A stretch of DNA of 57,604 bases from an uncultured virus (IMG/VR IMGVR_UViG_3300025466_000016) (lineage: Duplodnaviria > Heunggongvirae > Uroviricota > Caudoviricetes). The notes beneath the pieces are model-generated. The model saw nothing but the letters and a program-made list of their open reading frames with translations. It ran no database searches and was not told the DNA's origin. The position numbers and the translations under genes are program-made. The stretch is taken from the IMG/VR virus record IMGVR_UViG_3300025466_000016; one strand, given 5' to 3'. Every line of letters starts with the position of its first letter. Position 1 is the stretch's first letter. Below, piece by piece: positions 8,379 through 17,259 of the stretch.

Positions 8379-10088
8379 ATGGCCGGTTGGAAAAAATATT
8401 TTAAAACATCAAACTTACCTAGTAACATCAGCCCCTTAGGCGGCGGGCGTCAGCCAGATCCTGGCATGCGTAACTATCAAAGTCAGTTACCAGAAGTTTA
8501 TATTGGACACCCAAACCGTGTTGAACGTTACAATCAATACGAACAAATGGATATGGACTCTGAGGTTAACGCGGCCTTAGATATTCTAGCTGAATTCTGC
8601 ACCCAAAAGAACGAGGAAAACCACACAGCGTTTACACTCAAGTTTAAAGAAACACCTTCCGATAACGAAGTTAAGATTCTCAAAGAACAGCTACAACAAT
8701 GGGTAGCACTTAACGAACTAAACAAGCGCATATTCAAAATTGTTCGTAACGTATTAAAGTACGGCGATCAAGTATTCATTCGTGACCCAGAAAACTTTAA
8801 GTTAATGTGGACTGAAATGTCTAAGGTTACTCGAGTTATTGTTAACGAAGGCGAAGGTAAGAAGCCCGAGCAATACTTAATCAAAGACTTAAATCCTAAT
8901 TTTCAAAATCTAACAATGACCGCTGTAGCTACTACAGACACCTATATGAATCACCCACAAACAGGTGGTCCTAGTGGTGCGTATGTACAACCACAAACAC
9001 CATTTGGTGGTGGCAGTCGTTTTAGTCATGCTAAAAACGAAGCGGCTATTGCAGCTGAACATATTGTTCATATTAGTTTAACCGAAGGCCTGGATGTATT
9101 TTGGCCATTTGGTAACTCTGTATTAGAAAACATTTTTAAAGTATTCAAACAAAAAGAATTATTAGAAGATAGTATCATTATCTACCGTGTTCAACGTGCC
9201 CCAGAGCGTCGTATCTTTAAAATTGACGTAGGTAATATGCCAAGTCATATGGCTATGGCATTCGTTGAACGTATTAAAAACGAAATTCACCAACGTCGTA
9301 TTCCTACACAAACAGGCGGCGGCGGTAATAGTAATATGATGGATGCTACATATAATCCATTGTCAACAAACGAGGACTACTTCTTTCCGGTTACAGCAGA
9401 CAATCGTGGAAGTAGTGTTGACGTATTACCAGGCGGTGCTAATCTAGGTGAAATTACAGACTTACGCTTCTTTACTAACAAGTTATTCCGTGGTTTGCGT
9501 ATTCCTAGTAGCTATTTGCCTACTACAGCCGATGATGGTAGTCAAGCATACACAGACGGACGTGTTGGTACAGCACTTATCCAAGAGTGGCGCTTTAACC
9601 AATATTGCCAACGCTTACAAGCTATGATAGCTGACAAGTTAGACTCAGAGTTTAAGACGTTTATGCGTTGGAGAGGTTTTAACATTGATGGATCGTTATT
9701 CGATTTGTCATTCAATGAGCCACAAAACTTTGCACAATACCGTCAAGCTGATATTGATGCGGCACGTATTGCTACATTTACACAGCTAGAAGCATATCCT
9801 TACCTAAGTAAGCGTTTTTTAATGAAGCGATATTTAGGCATGACTGAACAAGAGCTTGCAGAAAACGAAATGGCCTGGGCCGAAGAGCGCGGCGATACTG
9901 AATTAGCTCAGGTAGATGCAGCAAGCCCACGTAACGTGGGTGTTAGCTCGGGTGCTATTCAAAATGATTTAGAAAATTTAGGTGATTTGGACGTTGGTGG
10001 AGAAGCAGAAGGCCCTGGTCCCAGCGCACCTGAGTCTACAGCACCCGGTGCTGCCGCGGGCGTTGGTGCACCCACACCTGCACTTTAA
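8379..10088 (+). CDS. Portal protein (T4 gp20-like)
   Basis: LLEDSIIIYRVQRAPERRIFKIDVGNMP, EDYFFP, LPGGANLGEITD, LRIPSS; TAAATA at 8352-8357. Confidence 0.95.
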   Translation: MAGWKKYFKTSNLPSNISPLGGGRQPDPGMRNYQSQLPEVYIGHPNRVERYNQYEQMDMDSEVNAALDILAEFCTQKNEENHTAFTLKFKETPSDNEVKILKEQLQQWVALNELNKRIFKIVRNVLKYGDQVFIRDPENFKLMWTEMSKVTRVIVNEGEGKKPEQYLIKDLNPNFQNLTMTAVATTDTYMNHPQTGGPSGAYVQPQTPFGGGSRFSHAKNEAAIAAEHIVHISLTEGLDVFWPFGNSVLENIFKVFKQKELLEDSIIIYRVQRAPERRIFKIDVGNMPSHMAMAFVERIKNEIHQRRIPTQTGGGGNSNMMDATYNPLSTNEDYFFPVTADNRGSSVDVLPGGANLGEITDLRFFTNKLFRGLRIPSSYLPTTADDGSQAYTDGRVGTALIQEWRFNQYCQRLQAMIADKLDSEFKTFMRWRGFNIDGSLFDLSFNEPQNFAQYRQADIDAARIATFTQLEAYPYLSKRFLMKRYLGMTEQELAENEMAWAEERGDTELAQVDAASPRNVGVSSGAIQNDLENLGDLDVGGEAEGPGPSAPESTAPGAAAGVGAPTPAL

Positions 10089-10110
10089 TTAAAAAAGGTT
10101 AAATAGTAGT

Positions 10111-10332
10111 ATGAACATCTTTGAACTATTTGACCCGGCACCCGAAGGTTATCATGATGAAAAACTTGATAACAGTATTGCTAATAAAAGCGATAGTCGT
10201 GCTGGCAGTCGTATTACTTTAGCTCACTTAAATCAATTGCGTCAAAGCCACGATGTTCGTAAACTAGAGCACGAAAAGAAATTAGGTGCAATAGCTAAAC
10301 AATATACACCGCCTGCTGAACCAGCAATGTAA
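10111..10332 (+). CDS. Small head-module protein (possible prohead core protein)
   Basis: Lies between portal and protease; TAAATA 5 nt before the ATG. Confidence 0.55.
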   Translation: MNIFELFDPAPEGYHDEKLDNSIANKSDSRAGSRITLAHLNQLRQSHDVRKLEHEKKLGAIAKQYTPPAEPAM

Positions 10333-10462
10333 TGCAGTTGTAACAAATATACCTTAATTTTTTGGTATATCTCTCACAAATCCTTTAAAAAACCCCCATT
10401 TAACCGTAATATACGTAGTTTTGTGTAAATAACTTTACAAAGCCACTTATTAAGGAGTTCTT

Positions 10463-11470
10463 ATGAACAAGTTTGAAAAATTAATTGAATACATCATCAA
10501 TGATGAAGATCAAAAAGCTCGTGAATTATTTCACGACATCGTAGTAGAAAAGTCCCGCGATATTTACGAAGATATTATGGGCGAAGAAAACATGGAAGAA
10601 AAAGTTGAGCACGACCCAGCAAATATTGTTGACGAAATTTCAGCTGAAGAAACCATGAAAGAAGAAGACGACGAATTCTCAGTTGACGGTGAAGATGAAG
10701 CCGGCAACGTTGAAGGCGACTTCCCAGCTGATGCAGAACATGCAGATGCAGAAGAAGGTAATCCAGAAGAAGAAGAAATTGAGCACATGGTTGCAAACGT
10801 TGACGCTAAGTTAGACGAACTATTGGCTAAATTTGACGAAATTATGGGTCATTCAGATGCTGCTGAAATGCCAGGCGAAGAGCCTGGTATGGAGCACGAT
10901 GCAGAAGTTCCTAGCGAAGAGCCAGCAATGTTTGAAGGCGAAAACCCATTTGCTAAAGGTTCTGGTAAATCTGGTTCAGCACAATCAGGTAAATCTGGTT
11001 CAGCTATGTCTGGTAAATCAGGTAAGAGCGGTTCTGGTAAAACAGAAAGCCGTAAGACAGCTACAGAACTAATGCGCGAGTATACAGAGAAGATTGCTGA
11101 TATTAACTTGAACGCTAGTACATATAGCGAAGGCGAGCCAGTTGGCGCAACAGGTAAAAAAGTTGCTGTTAATACAAAAAGCGAAGTAGGTCCTGGTAAT
11201 AACTTTGGTGGTGACGCTGTTACTTCTAAAGGTGGAAATCAAAACCAAGACGGCACAAGCCCAACCAAAGCTAGCAACGAGTATACAAAAGGCGAAGGCG
11301 AAATCAAATCTGGTAACGTAAACGTTCCAGGCGGTAAAGCTGGTAAGCCACAGTCAACTGGTAACGAGTACAGCAAAGAACATCCAGCTGACGGTACAGC
11401 CGCTGGTAACGACGGTAAGATTCCACAAAATACCAAGAGTGTTCAAGTACAAAACACTGGCAAGAAGTAA
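10463..11470 (+). CDS. Acidic, largely low-complexity prohead core/scaffold-type protein
   Basis: Strong SD (AAGGAG), TAAATA at 10426-10431, Glu/Asp-rich N-half and Gly/Lys/Ser-rich C-half, directly upstream of the protease. Confidence 0.6.
   Translation: MNKFEKLIEYIINDEDQKARELFHDIVVEKSRDIYEDIMGEENMEEKVEHDPANIVDEISAEETMKEEDDEFSVDGEDEAGNVEGDFPADAEHADAEEGNPEEEEIEHMVANVDAKLDELLAKFDEIMGHSDAAEMPGEEPGMEHDAEVPSEEPAMFEGENPFAKGSGKSGSAQSGKSGSAMSGKSGKSGSGKTESRKTATELMREYTEKIADINLNASTYSEGEPVGATGKKVAVNTKSEVGPGNNFGGDAVTSKGGNQNQDGTSPTKASNEYTKGEGEIKSGNVNVPGGKAGKPQSTGNEYSKEHPADGTAAGNDGKIPQNTKSVQVQNTGKK
10958..11041 (+). repeat. 24-bp-period coding tandem repeat (SGKSGSAx)
   Basis: ggtaaatctggttcagc at 10964 and 10988, degenerate copy at 11012. 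Confidence 0.8.
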
Positions 11471-11489
11471 TAGAGATTAGGAACAGAAA

Positions 11490-12122
11490 ATGGCTTTGTA
11501 CCTAAAAGAGAACTTAACATTTGATCGGGCAGGTCTGATTGTAGAATCTGTCGACGAGAATGGTAAGACCTCTCTAAAAATGGAAGGGATATTCATCGAA
11601 GGAGGCGTAAGAAACGCTAACGAACGTGTATATCCCGTTCATGAAATTGAAAAGGCTGTTAACAACATTAACAAACAAATCAATGAAGGTTACTCTGTTC
11701 TGGGCGAAGTAGATCATCCAGATGACCTAAAAATCAATTTAGATCGTGTTAGCCACATGATCGAGAAAATGTGGATGGACGGTCCAACAGGACGCGGAAA
11801 ATTAAAAGTATTACCAACACCAATGGGACAACTAGTCGAAGCCATGATTACATCTGGCGTAAAATTAGGAGTATCATCACGTGGATCTGGTAATGTTAAC
11901 GAAGGTAGTGGACACGTTAGCGATTTTGAAATCGTTACCGTAGACATTGTAGCACAACCTAGTGCTCCTCATGCATACCCTAAAGCAATCTATGAAGGCT
12001 TGATGAATATGCGTGGCGGTCAACAGGTATTTGAAATGGCACGTGAAGCCAGTCAAAATCAAAAAGTACAGAAGTACCTGAAAGAAGCCGTTAAGGGCTT
12101 CATCAAAGATTTAAAACTATAG
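11490..12122 (+). CDS. Prohead protease (T4 gp21-like)
   Basis: NANERVYP, GEVDHP, VSH, TPMG, GVSSRGSG, DIVAQPSAP. Confidence 0.95.
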   Translation: MALYLKENLTFDRAGLIVESVDENGKTSLKMEGIFIEGGVRNANERVYPVHEIEKAVNNINKQINEGYSVLGEVDHPDDLKINLDRVSHMIEKMWMDGPTGRGKLKVLPTPMGQLVEAMITSGVKLGVSSRGSGNVNEGSGHVSDFEIVTVDIVAQPSAPHAYPKAIYEGLMNMRGGQQVFEMAREASQNQKVQKYLKEAVKGFIKDLKL

Positions 12123-12134
12123 GAGAAATATCCA

Positions 12135-13253
12135 ATGTTAGATGCTATCAAACCATTGTTGGATAACGGAATTATTAACGAAGACACACGTGAAGCAATT
12201 TCTGAAGCTTGGGAAGCTCGTATTACCGAAGCCAAAGAACAAGTACGTGCAGAACTACGTGAAGAATTCGCACAACGTTACCAGCATGACAAGCAAGTTA
12301 TGGTTGAAGCTCTAGACAAAATGGTTACCGAGTCTCTCACTGCTGAACTACAAGAGTTTGCAGACGAAAAGAAACAATTAGCAGAAGACCGTGTTGCATT
12401 TAAACGCACAATGGTTGAAAGCGCAGGCAAGTTTAATAATTTCATGACAGCTAAATTAGCAGAAGAAATTAAAGAACTTCGTGCCGATCGTAAAGTTTAC
12501 GAGCAAGCTATTAGCAAGCTAGAAGCATTTACAATCCGCGCATTAGCAGAAGAAATCCAAGAGTTCGAGCAAGACAAGCGTGCCGTAGTGGAAACTAAGG
12601 TTCGTTTAGTTGCAGAAGGTAAAGCTAAATTAGCTGAACTTCAACAAAAATTCGTAGCTCAATCTGCCGCTGCTGTTAAAGAGGCCGTAACTACTTCGTT
12701 AGAGTCAGAATTGACTCAACTAAAAGAAGACATCCAAATTGCTCGCGAGAACATGTTTGGTCGTCGTCTATTTGAAGCATTTGCTAGTGAATTCGCTGTT
12801 ACTCATTTAAATGAGAACAAAGAAGTAGCTAAGTTACAAGGTACTGTAGAGTCCTTGTCTCAGAAGTTGTCTGAAGCAGTTCAGAAAATTGAAGAGAAAA
12901 ATGTTTTAGTTGAATCAAAAGAACGTGAAGTTCGTATTATCAAGGAATCAGCAGAGCGCAAGGAACGTCTTGCAGACATGTTGAAGCCTTTAAACAAAGA
13001 AAAGTCAGCAATTATGCGTGACCTTCTTGAAAGTGTGCAAACTGATAAACTTCAGAGTGCATACGAAAAGTATCTACCAGCTGTACTAAACAACTCTGCT
13101 GTTAAACCGGTAGCTGAGAAATCAGTTATGTTAGCAGAGAGTCGTCAAGTAGTAACTGGTGATAAAACTGCTAAAACTGCCGTTGAATCTTCAGATAAAT
13201 TAGATGTAATGTCTAACGTATTTGAAATGAAACGTTTAGCAGGGCTTAAATAA
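12135..13253 (+). CDS. Prohead core scaffold protein (T4 gp22-like)
   Basis: Coiled-coil Glu/Lys/Ala-rich protein between protease and capsid genes; GRRLFEAFASEF. Confidence 0.85.
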   Translation: MLDAIKPLLDNGIINEDTREAISEAWEARITEAKEQVRAELREEFAQRYQHDKQVMVEALDKMVTESLTAELQEFADEKKQLAEDRVAFKRTMVESAGKFNNFMTAKLAEEIKELRADRKVYEQAISKLEAFTIRALAEEIQEFEQDKRAVVETKVRLVAEGKAKLAELQQKFVAQSAAAVKEAVTTSLESELTQLKEDIQIARENMFGRRLFEAFASEFAVTHLNENKEVAKLQGTVESLSQKLSEAVQKIEEKNVLVESKEREVRIIKESAERKERLADMLKPLNKEKSAIMRDLLESVQTDKLQSAYEKYLPAVLNNSAVKPVAEKSVMLAESRQVVTGDKTAKTAVESSDKLDVMSNVFEMKRLAGLK

Positions 13254-13278
13254 ACCCTAAATAGGAAAAGGAAATATC

Positions 13279-14472
13279 ATGACACAAGCATTATTAGAAA
13301 GCCGTTGGGGCGAAACCAAAGAAGCCCTGTTAGAAGGACTTAACGGTTCACGTCGTACAACAATGGGTGTAATCCTTGAGAACACTCGCAAGATGTTGGC
13401 TGAAAGCGCAACAGCTGGTTCTACACAAGCAGGTAACGTAGCTACACTAAACCGTGTAATTCTACCAGTTATCCGTCGTGTAATGCCAACAGTTATCGCT
13501 AACGAAATCGTTGGTGTTCAGCCAATGACTGGTCCAGTTGCTCAAATCCACACATTACGTGTTCGCTATGCTGACAACGTAACAGATTCTAGCGCCTACG
13601 CTACATCTGCAGCTGCTGGTGACGAGGCATTGAGCCCATTCAAGATCGCTGTAGCTTACTCTTCAGTAGCTCCAGGCGGTACAGCTACAACAGGTCAAGC
13701 TACTTCTACAAGTACACTTGAAGGTGTTGCTGGTAGCCGTATCAACGTTCAAATCTTGAAACAAGTAGTAGAAGCTAAAACACGTAAGTTATCAGCTCGT
13801 TGGACATTTGAAGCTGCGCAAGATGCACAATCTATGCACGGTTTGGATGTTGAAGCTGAAATCATGGCTGCTTTAGCACAAGAAATCACAGTTGAAATTG
13901 ACCAAGAGATCCTAGGTTCTTTACGTGCCTTGGCTGCAACTGATTACACATTTGATCAGTCTGCTGTATCTGGTACAGCTACATTCGTTGGTGACGAACA
14001 CGCTGCTTTAGCTGTTCTAATCAATCGTACAGCTAACTTGATCGCTCAACGTACACGTCGTGGTGCTGGTAACTGGGCTGTTGTTTCCCCAGCTGCTTTA
14101 ACAGTACTACAAAGTGCTACAACTTCTGCATTCGCTCGTACAACAGAAGGTACATTTGAAGCTCCTACAAACACTAAGTTTGTTGGTACATTGAACGGCG
14201 CAATGAAGATTTATGTTGACGGTTATGCAAACGACAGCCAAGCTGTTTTAGTTGGTTATAAGGGTTCTAGCGAAGCTGATGCAGCTGCGTTCTATTGCCC
14301 ATATATCCCATTGATGAGCTCTGGTGTTGTTCTAGATCCATCTACATTTGAACCAGTAGTAAGTTTTATGACACGTTATGGATATGTTGAGTTAACAAAC
14401 ACAGCATCATCTCTAGGTAACGCTGGTGACTATGTTGGTGAAATCGCTGTAGCTAACTTATCTTTCCAATAA
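13279..14472 (+). CDS. Major capsid protein (T4 gp23-like)
   Basis: VGVQPMTGP, AKTRKLSARWTFEAAQD, EIDQEI, FYCPYIPL, FMTRYG; TAAATA at 13258-13263. Confidence 0.97.
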   Translation: MTQALLESRWGETKEALLEGLNGSRRTTMGVILENTRKMLAESATAGSTQAGNVATLNRVILPVIRRVMPTVIANEIVGVQPMTGPVAQIHTLRVRYADNVTDSSAYATSAAAGDEALSPFKIAVAYSSVAPGGTATTGQATSTSTLEGVAGSRINVQILKQVVEAKTRKLSARWTFEAAQDAQSMHGLDVEAEIMAALAQEITVEIDQEILGSLRALAATDYTFDQSAVSGTATFVGDEHAALAVLINRTANLIAQRTRRGAGNWAVVSPAALTVLQSATTSAFARTTEGTFEAPTNTKFVGTLNGAMKIYVDGYANDSQAVLVGYKGSSEADAAAFYCPYIPLMSSGVVLDPSTFEPVVSFMTRYGYVELTNTASSLGNAGDYVGEIAVANLSFQ

Positions 14473-14526
14473 TCAAGACTGAACTTGATTTAACGAAAGT
14501 TAAAACTCCCAGGGATGGGAAGGCAG

Positions 14527-14550
14527 AAAAGCACCGAAAGGTGCTTTTTT
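14527..14550 (+). terminator. Intrinsic terminator after the major capsid gene
   Basis: AAAAGCACC-GAAA-GGTGCTTTTTT. Confidence 0.9.
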
Positions 14551-14596
14551 GTTGGCTGAACATAAATATTATTAACATTCTTAAAGGATTAAAGCA

Positions 14597-14812
14597 ATGG
14601 CATACGCAATTTATAAACAAGGCGCACAAGTAGCAATTGGCACAAAAACTGCTGGCAGTTTAAATACAAATTCAGTAGTATCTGCTGTTGGTAGTTATTC
14701 GGCATTACCAGTTTCTGCTGTAGTTGGAACAGCAACAGGAAAAGGTACTATTTACAAAGCAGGTACACAAGCTGTAGTTGGTACATCGGTTGGTATCCAT
14801 ACCATTCGCTAA
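14597..14812 (+). CDS. Small late protein with internal duplication
   Basis: TAAATA at 14563-14568, SD AAGGA; IYKQGAQVAIGT / IYKAGTQAVVGT repeat. Confidence 0.7.
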   Translation: MAYAIYKQGAQVAIGTKTAGSLNTNSVVSAVGSYSALPVSAVVGTATGKGTIYKAGTQAVVGTSVGIHTIR

Positions 14813-14825
14813 TTAAAGGTATAAT

Positions 14826-15011
14826 ATGACAACTAAAGCGCCGCCGCCAGTGGTAGCAACAAAGCCTAAAACAGTTATTCCGGCACCCGTTCCTGCTGCA
14901 CCATCTGTTCGTAATGCTATTCCTTCAGCTAAAACAACACAACCTGTACAAACAGCACCGAAGCCAAAGATTGTAACTACCAATCCGGTAGTTGGTAAAG
15001 CAGTTCATTAA
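14826..15011 (+). CDS. Small Pro/Thr/Lys-rich protein
   Basis: SD AAGGT before the ATG; followed by a terminator. Confidence 0.6.
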   Translation: MTTKAPPPVVATKPKTVIPAPVPAAPSVRNAIPSAKTTQPVQTAPKPKIVTTNPVVGKAVH

Positions 15012-15030
15012 TTGTTAAATTAAGCAAATA

Positions 15031-15052
15031 AAGGACCTTCGGGTCCTTTTTT
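15031..15052 (+). terminator. Intrinsic terminator
   Basis: AAGGACC-TTCG-GGTCCTTTTTT. Confidence 0.9.
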
Positions 15053-15065
15053 GTTGACTGTACCA

Positions 15066-15147
15066 TAAATATGTATGTTCACTTGCAAGAGTAACTTTCG
15101 GAGCACCACTCCGGATAGCCTAGAACGCTATATTAAGGAGAAATAAA
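15066..15147 (+). promoter_or_regulatory. Late promoter plus three-hairpin 5' leader
   Basis: TAAATA at 15066-15071; stems at 15077-15095 (GCAA loop), 15097-15115 and 15116-15130; SD AAGGAG at 15135-15140. Confidence 0.6.
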
Positions 15148-15831
15148 ATGGCAAACAAACTAAAAATCACAAAAACAAGTAATGGTACAACAGTTGACAA
15201 ATATGTTAGCCCAACTATCGTTGATGGCGCACACTTTGGTGGCACAGGCGGTTTAACAAGTCAAGCTGGTTATCAAATTCAACCACAAGTTTATGTTACT
15301 GGTGGCAGCTCATTGCCTGGTTCAATCCTAGCACAAAAAGGCGCACACAAGTTTCAAGTAACCGATGGTACTTTAACTGGTAAATGTACATTAACTAACA
15401 GTCCTAATCTGACTGCTGGTCAAATGAATATTTTAATCAATCTAAGTACATTAACTACAGCAAACGTATCGGCCGCCAACGTAGCTGGTGGTGCAACATC
15501 TGCTTATGTAACATATACAACATCAACAGTAGTCGGTCCAGTTTCTGCTCCACGTGTAGGCGACTACATTATTGGCTTTACTGGTAATGCTAGTGTTGTT
15601 CAAGTCACTGCAATCAACGCAACTGCCGCTGGTGTAGGCAACGTAACTGTTGCTGTAGCCGGTAACGTGGGCGCACAAAACTCTGTAACTGTAACTGATA
15701 GTACATACGCTAGCCGTATTACTAACAAGTTTGTATACGATTTTGGTAACGATGGTTCTGGATACCCTAACAAGTTCCGTTATCGTTTATCTACACCGGA
15801 TGCAATATTTGTTCAAGTACAAAATGCTTAA
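15148..15831 (+). CDS. Probable virion structural protein (beta-rich)
   Basis: Own late promoter, strong SD and terminator; Thr/Gly/Val-rich. Confidence 0.65.
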   Translation: MANKLKITKTSNGTTVDKYVSPTIVDGAHFGGTGGLTSQAGYQIQPQVYVTGGSSLPGSILAQKGAHKFQVTDGTLTGKCTLTNSPNLTAGQMNILINLSTLTTANVSAANVAGGATSAYVTYTTSTVVGPVSAPRVGDYIIGFTGNASVVQVTAINATAAGVGNVTVAVAGNVGAQNSVTVTDSTYASRITNKFVYDFGNDGSGYPNKFRYRLSTPDAIFVQVQNA

Positions 15832-15851
15832 ATTATTTAAGCATTTAACAC

Positions 15852-15873
15852 AAACCCGCTTCGGCGGGTTTTT
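15852..15873 (+). terminator. Intrinsic terminator
   Basis: AAACCCGC-TTCG-GCGGGTTTTT. Confidence 0.9.
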
Positions 15874-15929
15874 GTTTGATTTGAGCAAAGATCTGCCAAG
15901 CATAAATACTACATAAACAGGATACGGAC

Positions 15930-16472
15930 ATGAGTACTACTAAACGAATTATAGGTAATTATACAATACAGACTTTGCCCTCTGGTCAAATTAACCTCGA
16001 TTCGGGACAGGTTGTTATTAATGGAAATTTAGTGGTTACTGGTAATAGCCAAAGTATTGTAAGTACAGATAGTGCTATTACAGATCACACTATTACATTA
16101 AACAATGGTGTAGCAACACCAAATCCTCTTGGCGCTAATATTATTGTAGACCGTGGTACAAGTCCTAATGTCAGTTTATCATGGAACGAAACAGTACAAA
16201 ATTGGCAAATTACTACAAACGGTACAACGTATGCTAATATTGCAAATACCTTAAATACTCTAGCAAACGTATACGGTGACAAATCACCACAGCTCGGTGG
16301 CAACCTAAATATTGTAAATCAATCAATTTATGATTCGGGTAATACTGTAACATTTTATACCGGTACAGTCAGTAGCGGTAAGTCTGGAATTTTTGTAGAC
16401 AACTCAAATGCAACACAACAAGAACTTGCAACTAAATCAGCCGCGGTTGCATTTAGTATTATTTTTGGATAG
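15930..16472 (+). CDS. Virion structural/fibre-associated protein
   Basis: TAAATA at 15903-15908; INGNLVVTG...ITLN...VDRG...LSWNE module shared with downstream fibre genes. Confidence 0.65.
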   Translation: MSTTKRIIGNYTIQTLPSGQINLDSGQVVINGNLVVTGNSQSIVSTDSAITDHTITLNNGVATPNPLGANIIVDRGTSPNVSLSWNETVQNWQITTNGTTYANIANTLNTLANVYGDKSPQLGGNLNIVNQSIYDSGNTVTFYTGTVSSGKSGIFVDNSNATQQELATKSAAVAFSIIFG

Positions 16473-16482
16473 GAAGATTTAA

Positions 16483-16791
16483 ATGGCAATCACAAACGCA
16501 AACGTAACAACAGTAGCTAGTTCAATTTATACTAGTTCTGGCAATAGTGCAACAACAGTTCTGCACTTTTGTAACTACACTAATAACAATGCTACCGCTA
16601 ACGTTTGGTTAGTGCCCAATGGCAAACAAGCCAATGCTAGTACAATCATTTATTCAAACGTAGCACTAACAGGACAAAATACTTTAGTAGTTGATACAGA
16701 AAAAATTATTTTTGCTACAGGCGATGCAATTTGGGCCAACTGTAGTTCAAACGTTTCTGTAACAGCAACCGTAAGCTATATCGGAATTTAA
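16483..16791 (+). CDS. Small virion structural protein
   Basis: Beta-rich 102-aa ORF in the late operon. Confidence 0.6.
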   Translation: MAITNANVTTVASSIYTSSGNSATTVLHFCNYTNNNATANVWLVPNGKQANASTIIYSNVALTGQNTLVVDTEKIIFATGDAIWANCSSNVSVTATVSYIGI

Positions 16792-16793
16792 TA

Positions 16794-17249
16794 ATGGCAC
16801 GATTTCTTAAAAACCCAGATATTGTTAAAAACAATAAATTTGCCGCTAGGTTGCCTATTGTACCTAGTAGCTCCTATGGCGACACTCCGGTAGACGGACT
16901 AATTAGATTTAATCAAAATAATAGTCGCATTGAATTTTATTATAATGGTGCGTGGAGCCAAGTTTCTAAAATTGGTACAGTAAACATTGTAACAGATACA
17001 TTTACAACAGGTAGTACGGGATCTAATCCAAGTGGTCAATACGGTCCGATGAGTTATAGTTATATTGCCGGACAAGAAAATAGTGTATTAGTTTTTGTTG
17101 GCGGAGTACAACAAATTCCTCTAGTGAACTATAATTTTTCTGCTGGTGTGGCATCTAATCAAATTTATATCATACCATCAACTTCGGGCGACGCCGGACA
17201 ACAAATTTTGGTAATTCATAATCTTAACAGCACCAACGTGCCAGCCTAG
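16794..17249 (+). CDS. Virion structural protein
   Basis: GLIRFN...IEFY..GAW motif and LVFVGGVQQIP module recurring in neighbouring fibre genes. Confidence 0.65.
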   Translation: MARFLKNPDIVKNNKFAARLPIVPSSSYGDTPVDGLIRFNQNNSRIEFYYNGAWSQVSKIGTVNIVTDTFTTGSTGSNPSGQYGPMSYSYIAGQENSVLVFVGGVQQIPLVNYNFSAGVASNQIYIIPSTSGDAGQQILVIHNLNSTNVPA

Positions 17250-17259
17250 GAGCTAGCAC

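Noticed and set aside
10958..11041. GSGKS as a Walker A motif
   Set aside because: Part of a low-complexity tandem repeat with no preceding beta-strand and no Walker B
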